Positions 18,961 to 28,285 of a stretch of 64,000 nt of DNA are shown here, one piece after another (the first letter of the stretch is position 1; every line of letters begins with the position of its first letter). The notes below the pieces were generated by a model. That model searched no databases, was not told the DNA's origin, and saw only the letters and a list, made by a program, of their open reading frames with translations. The stretch is from IMG/VR virus record IMGVR_UViG_3300027983_002389; one strand, written 5' to 3'. The position numbers and the translations under genes were made by a program. The stretch is from a virus (lineage: Duplodnaviria; Caudoviricetes).

Positions 18961-19469
18961 AGTGTTTCGTTCACGTTGGGTTCGATCCTAAGCCTCACGA
19001 GGCTGACGACCCCGCTGAAGCAATAAGTTTAGCTGAAAGATATTTGCTTGCAGAAAGCAGGCGAGAGCCTGAAGAGGAACATCTACCTGTCAAATGGAGA
19101 CGGGATGATTTATATCCAGATAACTTCCTGGATTACACGAAAGACGAATTGGTTTCTCATTTGAGTCAGAAGGGTGAGGTAGTGTTGCAACTCGCCGAGT
19201 TTGACTTGGACGGCTTGCCAATTATGGGCGAAATCGTTAACATCTTTACTGCTTCTGAAGAAGAAAAGAACACTCAAGAAGCAGAAGAGGCGTTGGACGT
19301 AGTTTCTCCTGAAGGATCAATCAGATTCAAAAAAGCTGTGGCTTTTGGCCTTGCTCGACCAAAAAATACGCCGACTCTTTTGCCTGGCAGGAAAATAAAA
19401 AGGAACCCTGCGAAAAAGCGAACCATGAAGCCTGACGGAACTGACGGAAAAAAATCAAGCGACGACTAG
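18957..19469 (+). CDS. Hypothetical protein
   Basis: ATGA overlap. Confidence 0.65.
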   Translation: MKCFVHVGFDPKPHEADDPAEAISLAERYLLAESRREPEEEHLPVKWRRDDLYPDNFLDYTKDELVSHLSQKGEVVLQLAEFDLDGLPIMGEIVNIFTASEEEKNTQEAEEALDVVSPEGSIRFKKAVAFGLARPKNTPTLLPGRKIKRNPAKKRTMKPDGTDGKKSSDD

Positions 19470-19549
19470 GTGAGTAATGACTCAAGTGCTGCCTCTTGTC
19501 GCTAGACTTGAGGGAAAGCACAGTAATCCATCCACACAAGGAAAACGTC

Positions 19550-20026
19550 ATGGCTAGTGAAGACTATGAAATCTTCAAAGTCTTGAAGCAAGAACGAATT
19601 CGAGAAGGTGCTGACAGACGAGCATCAAATACTGATGACTTTGGTGCTGCCAGTCAATTGGCTGTCCAAGCTGGAATGACCCTCGTGCGACACTCAGAGG
19701 TTCATTATCAATTGCGAGGCCAAACTGGTTGGATGCTCAATATTTATCCAGGCAATCAAAGGCTATATCACGACCGCAACCGGCCCAAGCCGCCATTCTT
19801 GAAGGTCAAGCCTGACTGGATGCTCACTGATGTTGTTCATGCCGCTATTGCAGCATCGAATAATACAGATTCTTTTGCCGAAGAAATCGAAAAGAAAGTT
19901 GTGACCGACGAACAAATCCAAGTTCGTGCGTATTATTTGTGGCAAGCTGTTGGTTGTCCTTGCGGTGACGGCAGTGAATTCTGGTTTCAAGCACAGAAAG
20001 ATATGCGAGGCCAATTATGGACATAA
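19550..20026 (+). CDS. Protein with C-terminal DUF2934-like domain
   Basis: QIQVRAYYLWQAVGCPCGDGSEFWFQAQK. Confidence 0.7.
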   Translation: MASEDYEIFKVLKQERIREGADRRASNTDDFGAASQLAVQAGMTLVRHSEVHYQLRGQTGWMLNIYPGNQRLYHDRNRPKPPFLKVKPDWMLTDVVHAAIAASNNTDSFAEEIEKKVVTDEQIQVRAYYLWQAVGCPCGDGSEFWFQAQKDMRGQLWT

Positions 20027-20535
20027 TGTGTTTATCTTTGGACACGGATATGTCTGATGATGAAATCAAAGAATCCATACAGAATATGATCCCAATATGC
20101 ACCATAAAATCGCAAGGTTTCTGTTTGAGCATCAATGGATACGATGAAGATCATCGTGAGTTGTGGCAAATTCCAGAAGCTCTTGGATTCATGAGGCGGC
20201 TCTGTGATTTTGGTTTCTTGTCCGTACTCGAAACTTCGACTACTTGCCCTGATTTAATCAACAAGCAATACAAAGTGGACAATTTGCCCGGCTTTGGCGC
20301 ACTTGAAGTTTGGATGTGTGCCACAAATAGATTGGAAAAAGGCAAAAACGATATTGATCGAGAGACGATGAATAAATTTCATGAAGCCCTTGGCGTTTCC
20401 AATCGACGAGCCGAGGAAATAATGAAAGAACCACCGTATCAAACCGGGATACAAAAATTTGCAAGCCGAACGCAAGTACCAGACGCCCCAATTAAACACC
20501 ACGGCTACAATAAGGATCGTGGGAAACCCAGGTGA
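20017..20535 (+). CDS. Hypothetical protein
   Basis: GYDEDHRELWQIPE motif. Confidence 0.65.
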   Translation: MDIMCLSLDTDMSDDEIKESIQNMIPICTIKSQGFCLSINGYDEDHRELWQIPEALGFMRRLCDFGFLSVLETSTTCPDLINKQYKVDNLPGFGALEVWMCATNRLEKGKNDIDRETMNKFHEALGVSNRRAEEIMKEPPYQTGIQKFASRTQVPDAPIKHHGYNKDRGKPR

Positions 20536-20538
20536 TAT

Positions 20539-20922
20539 ATGCAATACCGGACAAGGAATCGACAAGATTGTCATGGTAATGGTGGATCAAAATGGAAATT
20601 CAACACCCCAGAAAAACTGCTGTCCGAGTCGAAAGCAATTAGCATCACAGGCTGTTTATCCCCATTCAGGGATGGACAGCCATGTTGCATTCAGATGCCC
20701 GGCAACCCACATTTTTGGGTTGCAGTTTTTACGACAAAAGATAAACTAGAAGAATCGTGTGCCGACCTTGGCATCACTGATTACACCATCAAACAAGTGA
20801 CAGATGGAAGAGATTTCATTGAGTCGATTGTTGAAGGCGGCGTAAGGATCATGCTTGATCCTTACGCCGTTAGGAGCGAAAATAAAACTCGTTGGACGGA
20901 AATCATACTGGAGCGACCATGA
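20539..20922 (+). CDS. Hypothetical protein
   Basis: ORF in run; start uncertain. Confidence 0.5.
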   Translation: MQYRTRNRQDCHGNGGSKWKFNTPEKLLSESKAISITGCLSPFRDGQPCCIQMPGNPHFWVAVFTTKDKLEESCADLGITDYTIKQVTDGRDFIESIVEGGVRIMLDPYAVRSENKTRWTEIILERP

Positions 20923-21221
20923 ACGAAGCATTCAATTACACCGTGGTCATTCGTGGCCTTGACGGAATCCCTCTCAGGACTACTGCCAAGGGAGCAAAGG
21001 CCCTGATGCAATCTTTCCATGAAGAACCCAACATGGAACAACTGCTGCTTGAGGCAGTAGACAGTGGTACGCCATTCAAGAATAAACTTGTTAGCGTTAC
21101 CGCTCTATTTCCACGTCCAAAAATCAAACAAGCCGTTGTTGTGATGGCTATGGCTGCGTCAGCGTCAGCGTCAGTCGCTCCTAAGAAGGCTGTTCCTAAA
21201 ACCACCAAAAAGAGGAGTTAA
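20919..21221 (+). CDS. Hypothetical protein with basic tail
   Basis: SD GGAG; ATGA overlap. Confidence 0.6.
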   Translation: MNEAFNYTVVIRGLDGIPLRTTAKGAKALMQSFHEEPNMEQLLLEAVDSGTPFKNKLVSVTALFPRPKIKQAVVVMAMAASASASVAPKKAVPKTTKKRS

Positions 21222-21223
21222 AT

Positions 21224-21511
21224 ATGGCAAAAATTACTGTGACATTTGAAGACATTGAAGAAGGCGTAGCTGTAAAGGTTGAATCAGAACCAGCTTTTCC
21301 TGGTCCTGCGGCCAGTCAGGAGGAACAAGATGCCCTCACTGATGCCCAACAAATGGGCTTGCGTATGACTAAAATGCTGACTGAAGTAGTGGCGTCCCAA
21401 CAAGGACTTGAACACGATCACGATCATGACCACGATGAACATTGTCCCCACCATCATCATGCCAGCGAGGTTCCGAGCGACGGGACGCCTGCGGTACAGT
21501 CCAACGAATAA
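21224..21511 (+). CDS. Hypothetical protein with His/Asp-rich tail
   Basis: SD GAGGAG; HDHDHDHDEHCPHHHH. Confidence 0.65.
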   Translation: MAKITVTFEDIEEGVAVKVESEPAFPGPAASQEEQDALTDAQQMGLRMTKMLTEVVASQQGLEHDHDHDHDEHCPHHHHASEVPSDGTPAVQSNE

Positions 21512-21887
21512 TGGCAAAATTATTCGTCGTGATGGCGGCACCACTAAATGGTGGTTGGTAATTGATTGTGATCCCAATATTGGTAGGTATTATCGTGAAC
21601 TATATCGACTGGATAATTACAGCGTGCGGACTATTCAACGTCCCACCTGGGATGCTCATATTTCGGTAATTGCAAACGAAATACCGCCCGATCAAACGAA
21701 TTGGCGAAAATACGAGGGGCGGCGAATTGAATACGAATATATTCATCAGTCGCAAAGCAATGGAACATACGTTTGGTTGCCTGTTTGGTGCAATGAAGCC
21801 CTCGATATGAGGGAAGAATTGGGATTAGCCAGAAACCCGTATCATCCCTTACACTTGACCGTGGGGAACTGCAAAGAGACGACTTGA
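21459..21887 (+). CDS. 2H phosphoesterase-like protein
   Basis: Two Hx(S/T) motifs: DAHISV and PLHLTV. Confidence 0.6.
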   Translation: MPARFRATGRLRYSPTNNGKIIRRDGGTTKWWLVIDCDPNIGRYYRELYRLDNYSVRTIQRPTWDAHISVIANEIPPDQTNWRKYEGRRIEYEYIHQSQSNGTYVWLPVWCNEALDMREELGLARNPYHPLHLTVGNCKETT

Positions 21888-21939
21888 AAAAGGAAGGGGG
21901 CAAGCCTTAGCTCTGTGGTTCGTAAATCTGCGAATCGGC

Positions 21940-21969
21940 TTTACAAGAAGACCAAAACCAAGGTATAAT
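21940..21969 (+). promoter_or_regulatory. sigma70-like promoter
   Basis: TTTACA-N18-TATAAT. Confidence 0.65.
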
Positions 21970-22063
21970 CCCAGGTCGAGTTGCTGCAAGGCGATGTTCC
22001 AGTTGCCCCCAAAGATCAACTTCGTCAAAGCCGCCCCAAAAGCCTAAAAGAAGGGTAAGAAAA

Positions 22064-22507
22064 ATGGAACCAAAATTTGATCGTGTCGGAATTCGTGATT
22101 TCAAAGTAACCAATATTGAGTCACATAAAATTACCGATCTGAACAAGACATTTTGCCCCTCTTGTAGTGCTGGTCCGATGGATGGCGTTTCCGGGGCGAA
22201 TGTTGAGGATGTAAATCCTTACGCTCCTGATGCTCCTACGAAACATTCCGCTGAATCTCGTCGAGTTTTCCCCCAAGATGGGTCGCCGACCATATGTGTC
22301 TATTGTGCTGAACTCTTGGTCTTCAAAAAAGTGGATAAGTTATTCACTTTAGCATACCCGACAGAATCACAATTGACATTGTTCAAATCAGATGCCCAGG
22401 CTTGGCGATTGATTTCTAAAATTCAAGAGGGTCTGAAATCAGACGCTCAGGAAGGGAGACTAAGAGGAGACAAAAGATATGCAAAATCAAAGCCCAAACG
22501 ATTCTGA
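22064..22507 (+). CDS. Zn-finger hypothetical protein
   Basis: CPSC...CVYC. Confidence 0.6.
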   Translation: MEPKFDRVGIRDFKVTNIESHKITDLNKTFCPSCSAGPMDGVSGANVEDVNPYAPDAPTKHSAESRRVFPQDGSPTICVYCAELLVFKKVDKLFTLAYPTESQLTLFKSDAQAWRLISKIQEGLKSDAQEGRLRGDKRYAKSKPKRF

Positions 22508-22868
22508 TCCAATGCCGCTGCCAATGCCGAGGCTTTTTTCCACAAGCACGATCATCACAACTTTGTTTTTGGCAGTATTGGCAACGTGGTGTTTTTCTCG
22601 ATCCAATTGGATTGGCGGAAGCATTGATGTGTTGTTGATAGTTTTGAACATCACAATGTCTCTGATTCACTACAGAGCGATGACTAGGCTTGTGCGACGA
22701 CAGCATGACTTACTTGCCATTCAGAAATTCCTCACGACACCCGTGTTTGTCGAAGATGGAAATTCTATGATCCTTACTTTCACCACGCTTTCTGATCGGC
22801 TCATGGATGAAATGAAAAAGATTGCTGAGGAAGCCAGCCAACCAACAACAAAAGCGAATAAAAAGTGA
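22479..22868 (+). CDS. Two-TM membrane protein
   Basis: Two hydrophobic helices; SD GAGGAG. Confidence 0.6.
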   Translation: MQNQSPNDSDPMPLPMPRLFSTSTIITTLFLAVLATWCFSRSNWIGGSIDVLLIVLNITMSLIHYRAMTRLVRRQHDLLAIQKFLTTPVFVEDGNSMILTFTTLSDRLMDEMKKIAEEASQPTTKANKK

Positions 22869-23467
22869 ACGCAGATGAATTGAACGCTCTCTATCAAGAA
22901 AGCTGTGATCTGATCCTTCCTTACATTCGACTTGAAGAGTCGAATGCGGCAAAACCACGTCCTGACCCACGTCCTGACCCACGTCCTGACCCTACAAAGG
23001 CACTAGAATCACTTAAAAAGGGACTAGAGGGGCTTGAGACGGTCTTAGAGGGCAATGCCTCAAACTGGCCTGCTCGATGGATGCTGGGCAAAGCCAAACA
23101 AGCTCTGGGACTTCACGAAGAAGCCTATACAGCATTCCTTACGGCCCATCGCAATGTATTAACGAATCAAAACGTCATGCGTGAATTGGCGTTGGAATGT
23201 CTCCAAACCAAACGCTTCAAGCAAGCTGTTCATTATTGTCATGTGGCAATGGAATTTGACCCTGACGATTATTCTCTATGGCCCAATATGGCCGTTGCTC
23301 AATTGTTTAACGGCAGCATTGATGAGGCTGAGACTTGGGCCAACAGGTCGCTCGTGAAGATTCCAGGAGATGAACCTGCGTTGAATGTTTTGAAGATCGT
23401 TGCTGAAATCAGGGAAGGTAAGCGTGGCGTCCCTACTGATTTCACACTTATGGAGAACGGAGACTGA
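22865..23467 (+). CDS. TPR-repeat protein with PRPD x3 expansion
   Basis: TPR-like W.LGKA...LG..EEA..AF..A and A.EFDP; 12-bp repeat 22955-22990. Confidence 0.75.
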   Translation: MNADELNALYQESCDLILPYIRLEESNAAKPRPDPRPDPRPDPTKALESLKKGLEGLETVLEGNASNWPARWMLGKAKQALGLHEEAYTAFLTAHRNVLTNQNVMRELALECLQTKRFKQAVHYCHVAMEFDPDDYSLWPNMAVAQLFNGSIDEAETWANRSLVKIPGDEPALNVLKIVAEIREGKRGVPTDFTLMENGD

Positions 23468-23705
23468 AGCATAGACTTTCTTAAACGATTTGCTTGGATA
23501 TTGTTCAAAGATTTGTTGCTGCCTGCGGCACTTGGCACACTTATTTGGCTGTGGATGTTATTCCTACTGCGAAGTCCCTCTCAGTCGTTCTACTACGCTT
23601 TACGCATTGACGGGAAACTTACTCTTTCCGAATTACCAAATTGTATATTTGGTGCGCTGATTGGTTGGAATATAACTGAGGTCGTTAAAATCTGGAGAAA
23701 CAGAC

Positions 23706-24155
23706 GTGAGCGAAAATTGGAAACTCCACGATCTAGTAGTGGTGAAGCAACAACCCAAGATGCAGCCTTTCGTGCAGATCGAGGGATTGATAGCAGTAAT
23801 CACGGAGATTGATGGCGACTACGCCACGATCTGTGAATTGCAACTCTCAGGTAGAGCCGAAGGCGGCAGTGGAGCAGTTGAACTTGCTTGTCTGGAGAAG
23901 CCCACTAAGGTCAGTGGTCCAATGCGAGCAGCTTATGCTGTCTACAAACAAGATGTCATTAAATATTACACCACGACAGGGGAACCCGAAGATACTGAAG
24001 AAGCAAAGAAACGACGAAGACGGGCGCTGAAAATAATTGCTGAAAAATACAGCATTGAACCCAAGTCGCTGCATAAAATACTCAAAGACCTAGATGCAGC
24101 AGAAGTGATTCAATACTATTGGAAGAGAACAAATCACGCACCAAGTTGCTCATGA
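23706..24155 (+). CDS. Hypothetical protein
   Basis: SD GGAG then GTG. Confidence 0.55.
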   Translation: MSENWKLHDLVVVKQQPKMQPFVQIEGLIAVITEIDGDYATICELQLSGRAEGGSGAVELACLEKPTKVSGPMRAAYAVYKQDVIKYYTTTGEPEDTEEAKKRRRRALKIIAEKYSIEPKSLHKILKDLDAAEVIQYYWKRTNHAPSCS

Positions 24156-24278
24156 TTCATGTTTTCATAGTCTTGGCTTTGATTTGTTTTGTTTGGGTAA
24201 TAGTTTTCACGATCATTTTTAACGAGCGTTCCAAACGATCTCAAAAAGAAATTGACGATTACAACTTGAAAATTAAAA

Positions 24279-24899
24279 ATGAAAAACATATTCGATCAAG
24301 TCTGGAGGAATGATCTCGTCGGCCAAGGGTATTATTTCTTGGACGTTGGGATTGTAGACTCGAAGACTCTTCGACAACGCATGTTTGAAGTCAAAGAAAA
24401 ATTGAGCGACTTCATGCCGTTTGGTTTCCGGTCAATGGCTCGATTCGATCAGCAAGAAACCACACGATACCACCAAGATGGTGGTCCTGATCTCAATATT
24501 CTGATGCTTGGATATGAAGCATCCAAGGTCAAGAGTAGACTCTTCATTGCGGATCATGTGTGCGCCGCCAATGACATTAGAGAGATTCCACCAATTAAGG
24601 TGACGCCGCAATACATCATCACCGAAGCTCTGTTTGGCTGGGATGAATTACTGGACTTCTATACCAGCGAATTACCTCAGCCTCAAGAGGGACATTCATA
24701 TATCCTTCTTGTCAATAACTCCAAAGAACTAGGAGTATTACATAAGGCTATTGTCGAGAAAAATCCAGATGAGCGAAGGATCATTAACTCCATCATGCTG
24801 CTAGTGGGCGAAGATGAAGTCAGCAATGAACAACAGCAAGACTTCCTCACTACCGACAAGATCAGCGAGCAATACCATGCTGGGAAACAGGTCCGATGA
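24279..24899 (+). CDS. Possible Fe(II)/2OG-dioxygenase-like protein
   Basis: HxD (YHQDGG) and distal H (GVLHKA). Confidence 0.45.
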   Translation: MKNIFDQVWRNDLVGQGYYFLDVGIVDSKTLRQRMFEVKEKLSDFMPFGFRSMARFDQQETTRYHQDGGPDLNILMLGYEASKVKSRLFIADHVCAANDIREIPPIKVTPQYIITEALFGWDELLDFYTSELPQPQEGHSYILLVNNSKELGVLHKAIVEKNPDERRIINSIMLLVGEDEVSNEQQQDFLTTDKISEQYHAGKQVR

Positions 24900-25017
24900 T
24901 ATTTTTAATGTGTTGTTTGTGTTGTACTCTTTATGTTTTCATTGATCTTTTTTTGCCCTTTTTTCTTGCGAGGAACTTGAATCGGAAGAAGCGAGCAATA
25001 CCATGCTGGGAAACAGG
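24864..25017 (+). repeat. 28-bp direct repeats flanking a 98-bp T-rich segment
   Basis: AGCGAGCAATACCATGCTGGGAAACAGG at 24864-24891 and 24990-25017. Confidence 0.95.
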
Positions 25018-25599
25018 CATAGAGGTTTTCGGGTCATTCGAGAAGACTCAGTATTGATCGCAAGCAACTCAATATCATCCATTGATGTTGAGTCTGCTCT
25101 CCGCAGAGTGTTGAAGTGCATAAATGGCAAATGCTCCCAACGACGTGTTGAGCATCCAGATCAGCACTCAATTCAGTCCACCATTAAAGAGAATGTGGGG
25201 CTTTGTTCCTTTTATGGGGCATTGCCAACCATCAAAGGGCAGACATCACGGCTCGCCATTGCGTGGTGGACCGATGATAATGCAATCAAGCATCTCAGAG
25301 TTTTTGGCGACCGCATTCATTGCACTGAGCAGCATGTTGAAGTGCCTCGTTTGTATTCTCTTGGAGGCGATTCCTACCATGTCATCTACCCTACTAATTA
25401 TCCTAATCATTGTTTGCATTGTCAGCGTCAAATCAAAAAGGGAGAGGGAACGTGGCATAAAAATGAGAAGGAAATTGACATGATGGAGATCGAACCAATA
25501 ATTGCTTATTTCTTGTGCCTTACTTGCCAATACGAAAAAGACACAGGATTCAAGCCCGGATTTAACAGACTGTTAAATAAAACTATCTCCAAATCTTAA
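25003..25599 (+). CDS. Hypothetical protein with C-terminal Zn-finger
   Basis: CLHC...CLTC. Confidence 0.6.
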   Translation: MLGNRHRGFRVIREDSVLIASNSISSIDVESALRRVLKCINGKCSQRRVEHPDQHSIQSTIKENVGLCSFYGALPTIKGQTSRLAIAWWTDDNAIKHLRVFGDRIHCTEQHVEVPRLYSLGGDSYHVIYPTNYPNHCLHCQRQIKKGEGTWHKNEKEIDMMEIEPIIAYFLCLTCQYEKDTGFKPGFNRLLNKTISKS

Positions 25600-26235
25600 A
25601 CCACAGTTGGTTGGACTTTGAAACTCGTTGTATCCTGAATTGTTCAGCCCTACATGCTCGATTAAGCTGGGTGCGGCATAATAGCAATCTAATCCCTGAT
25701 GCAAGAAGAACTCTCCTAATACGGCATCAATGGCAAACCATTCAGTGTCGAGTTTGGGTGCGGTTGAAAATAATTCGACCGACTTGCGCTGCATGAGTAT
25801 GCACTGACACCCCCAAGTGTTCCAGCCTCGATTGATCCTTGCCCAGCCGTGATGTCTTCTAAGCCACGGCCATGTTTCGACATAGGCGTTGGGAGTATAA
25901 GCAGATATAAATCCTATCTGCTTTCTAATAGACGTGCATAATCCCACAATATGTTTCTTGGCATCTGGCGAACATAAGATGTCATCTTCTACAAACATAT
26001 ACCACGGCTCCTTGCTTGTTTTCAGCACCCGTTCCATGTTGATCTTCCATTGTTGGCAATTGCCAATTTGTGTCTTATTGTGAAATATTTCAACATTGTC
26101 ATGTCTCCCTATGATCGCTCCGGGATCAGCGGATATATTGATTTTTTGATCAAAACCACTCGTCCTTAATGACGAAATGGTATTGTCAATAGTCGGCACA
26201 GGCCGAGTTCCGGTGATTACAGTGATCGCTATCAT
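25573..26235 (-). CDS. GT-A fold (GT2-like) glycosyltransferase
   Basis: FVEDDI DxD-type motif; PSLIEHVG; SD GGAGG. Confidence 0.7.
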   Translation of the reverse strand: MIAITVITGTRPVPTIDNTISSLRTSGFDQKINISADPGAIIGRHDNVEIFHNKTQIGNCQQWKINMERVLKTSKEPWYMFVEDDILCSPDAKKHIVGLCTSIRKQIGFISAYTPNAYVETWPWLRRHHGWARINRGWNTWGCQCILMQRKSVELFSTAPKLDTEWFAIDAVLGEFFLHQGLDCYYAAPSLIEHVGLNNSGYNEFQSPTNCGLRFGDSFI

Positions 26236-26251
26236 TTGAGTTCCTCCTGGA

Positions 26252-26257
26252 TATATA
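26252..26257. promoter_or_regulatory. Palindromic TATATA late-type element between divergent genes
   Basis: Lies within 55-bp divergent intergenic region. Confidence 0.45.
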
Positions 26258-26290
26258 AGAGTAGGCTATTGCCTGAAGACAAGGAGGTTT

Positions 26291-26770
26291 ATGCGTCACT
26301 GGATTTTAGCTTTGTTTGTATTTTATATTGCAGGTTGCCTGCCTACGGGACAATCGCAATATGACCCGGTTGATTGGAATTCTCAGGCACAGCCGAACCC
26401 GGAAACACATGAAGTACCGGCTACACTACAAGCCCTATTGAAACTGCACAATGAGCAACGTGAACTTAAAGGGCGTCCCGGTTTTCAACTTGATCCATAT
26501 CTTTGCCAATATGCTCAAAATCACTCAGATTGGATGGCGAAGAAGAATAACCTAAAGCACTCAGACATTGGTGCGTTAATGGGCAAGTATTCAACAGCAG
26601 GCGAGAATATCGCCTGGAATCAAAAAACAGAATCCGAAGTGGTAGATGCGTGGATGCACTCGTCGGGCCACAGAGCGAATATTATGAACCGAGCATACAC
26701 CAAAGTTGGCTTTGGTGTATCGTACAACAGTAAAGGTGAGCCATATTGGTGTACATGCTTTGGTGGCTAA
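26291..26770 (+). CDS. CAP/SCP (YkwD-like) domain lipoprotein
   Basis: IAGC lipobox; LHN..R, GENIA, WMHSSGHRANI, YWC..F. Confidence 0.85.
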   Translation: MRHWILALFVFYIAGCLPTGQSQYDPVDWNSQAQPNPETHEVPATLQALLKLHNEQRELKGRPGFQLDPYLCQYAQNHSDWMAKKNNLKHSDIGALMGKYSTAGENIAWNQKTESEVVDAWMHSSGHRANIMNRAYTKVGFGVSYNSKGEPYWCTCFGG

Positions 26771-26802
26771 TGCGGGGACAGTGATGAAAATCGCTGGCTT
26801 TT

Positions 26803-27405
26803 TTATTTGGTTATTCTGAATGCAACTTGATATTTGCCATGACAGAGAGTTTGAGCTAAACGATTCTGTTCATTTAGGAATTCATTAAATGCTTTGAATT
26901 CATGCTGTTCATAGTCCATGACGTTAATCATTTCATCAAACAAAATTATCGTGCCAGGAATAATTCGGTCCTTCAATGCAGTCAAAACATATTTGGCAGA
27001 AGAATACACATCACAATCAATGTGTATAAAAGAAGCAAAGCCGGGATGATTCAGCAAGAAATCGGGAAGAACTTCATTAAACCAACCAGGGACAATAACG
27101 ATTCCCTTGTCCTGAAAATCAGGCGAATATCCACCAATATTGAAGCTGCCCTCTCCAAGTGTTCCCCACGCTTCTGGCAATCCCTTAAAAGAATCGAACC
27201 CATAAATTGGACTAGAAATAATGCCGCATTTTCTCATGGCACCAATCAGTCGTCGAATGCTATTTCCCTGCCAAACTCCAAATTCCATAAATAAGCCGCC
27301 ACGAACAACTGCGGGCAACAACCTTTGAGCCATTTCATCTACAAGCCCAACATGATCGCCAGCTATTCTTGGACTGGCTTCAATATTTTCTAATGTTATA
27401 TTCAT
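26803..27405 (-). CDS. TylF/MycF-like O-methyltransferase
   Basis: EFGVWQG, GFDSFKGLPE, GWF, HIDCDVY, LFDE. Confidence 0.85.
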   Translation of the reverse strand: MNITLENIEASPRIAGDHVGLVDEMAQRLLPAVVRGGLFMEFGVWQGNSIRRLIGAMRKCGIISSPIYGFDSFKGLPEAWGTLGEGSFNIGGYSPDFQDKGIVIVPGWFNEVLPDFLLNHPGFASFIHIDCDVYSSAKYVLTALKDRIIPGTIILFDEMINVMDYEQHEFKAFNEFLNEQNRLAQTLCHGKYQVAFRITK

Positions 27406-27409
27406 GGTG

Positions 27410-27415
27410 TATATA
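27410..27415. promoter_or_regulatory. Bidirectional late-type promoter TATATA serving two leaderless genes
   Basis: CAT-ggtg-TATATA-cctt-ATG; 4 nt to each start codon. Confidence 0.7.
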
Positions 27416-27419
27416 CCTT

Positions 27420-27860
27420 ATGCAATTATTGAACTTCAAACAGTGGATATGCGAATCTGCCGACTTTCCAGAGTCAACCGATCTCGCATCGTTTATTGAA
27501 CACGCAATTACCGTTTGCATCAGAACTCATCAGGAAATGTTCGCACAGGCACACAGCCAAAAGCAAAAAGACCTTATGAATGAAATAATTGCCCTCTCTG
27601 AGTTGCTTCAACATATTCAAAAGAGTATGGAGGAGCAAATCCCTTTTGAGCCTATCAATACAGATAAATTTCAAGGGCGACCGGCAATATCGTTAACAAA
27701 AAACCAGTTGCAGCACAAATACCCCAAGTTGCCATCTGTTCTTCAGGTTCTTCGTACCATTGGTGGCAATCCAGCTATCGACAAACCTACATCTCAAGCT
27801 CTTTCCGATAGAATCGAATCTCTTTTTCGGGCGTGGAAATCTGCTTTACAGCAAACCTGA
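27420..27860 (+). CDS. Putative head-packaged hypothetical protein
   Basis: N-terminus MQLLNFKQWICES. Confidence 0.65.
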   Translation: MQLLNFKQWICESADFPESTDLASFIEHAITVCIRTHQEMFAQAHSQKQKDLMNEIIALSELLQHIQKSMEEQIPFEPINTDKFQGRPAISLTKNQLQHKYPKLPSVLQVLRTIGGNPAIDKPTSQALSDRIESLFRAWKSALQQT

Positions 27861-27873
27861 AATACGGTAGAAT
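27845..27873 (+). promoter_or_regulatory. sigma70-like promoter
   Basis: TTTACA-N17-TAGAAT. Confidence 0.7.
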
Positions 27874-27894
27874 CTAGTTCAAGGAACCGATCAC

Positions 27895-28272
27895 ATGGGG
27901 TGGAAATGGTGGACCAAAACATATTTTTCGGTGTTTTTTAGCCGAAGGAAGTGGCCCGAGAACATGTGGTTTTCTCCGTTTTTTGCATTCCTTGAAGTAT
28001 TGATGGTCATTGGTTGTTTCGACAGCAAAAGTCGATTCCATCAAAGTCCAATTTTATATGTCGCAATGTTTTCCCTTGCTGTTGCATTTACGACATTGGG
28101 AATGATCCAAGCGTCTTACACCCACAGAATGCAAAACCGTTTTCATGCGGATCTGAGACGCCGTGGTGCGGCCTACATTGAGGCCGAACGTAAAGAGCGA
28201 ATAAATCAGTTGCCTAAACAGGAAGAACCAACGGTCAGTCCTTGGTTTTTAGGTTGCTGGGAAAACATTTGA
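27895..28272 (+). CDS. Membrane hypothetical protein
   Basis: Two hydrophobic segments; SD AAGGA. Confidence 0.6.
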   Translation: MGWKWWTKTYFSVFFSRRKWPENMWFSPFFAFLEVLMVIGCFDSKSRFHQSPILYVAMFSLAVAFTTLGMIQASYTHRMQNRFHADLRRRGAAYIEAERKERINQLPKQEEPTVSPWFLGCWENI

Positions 28273-28285
28273 ACAAGGGTGAATA

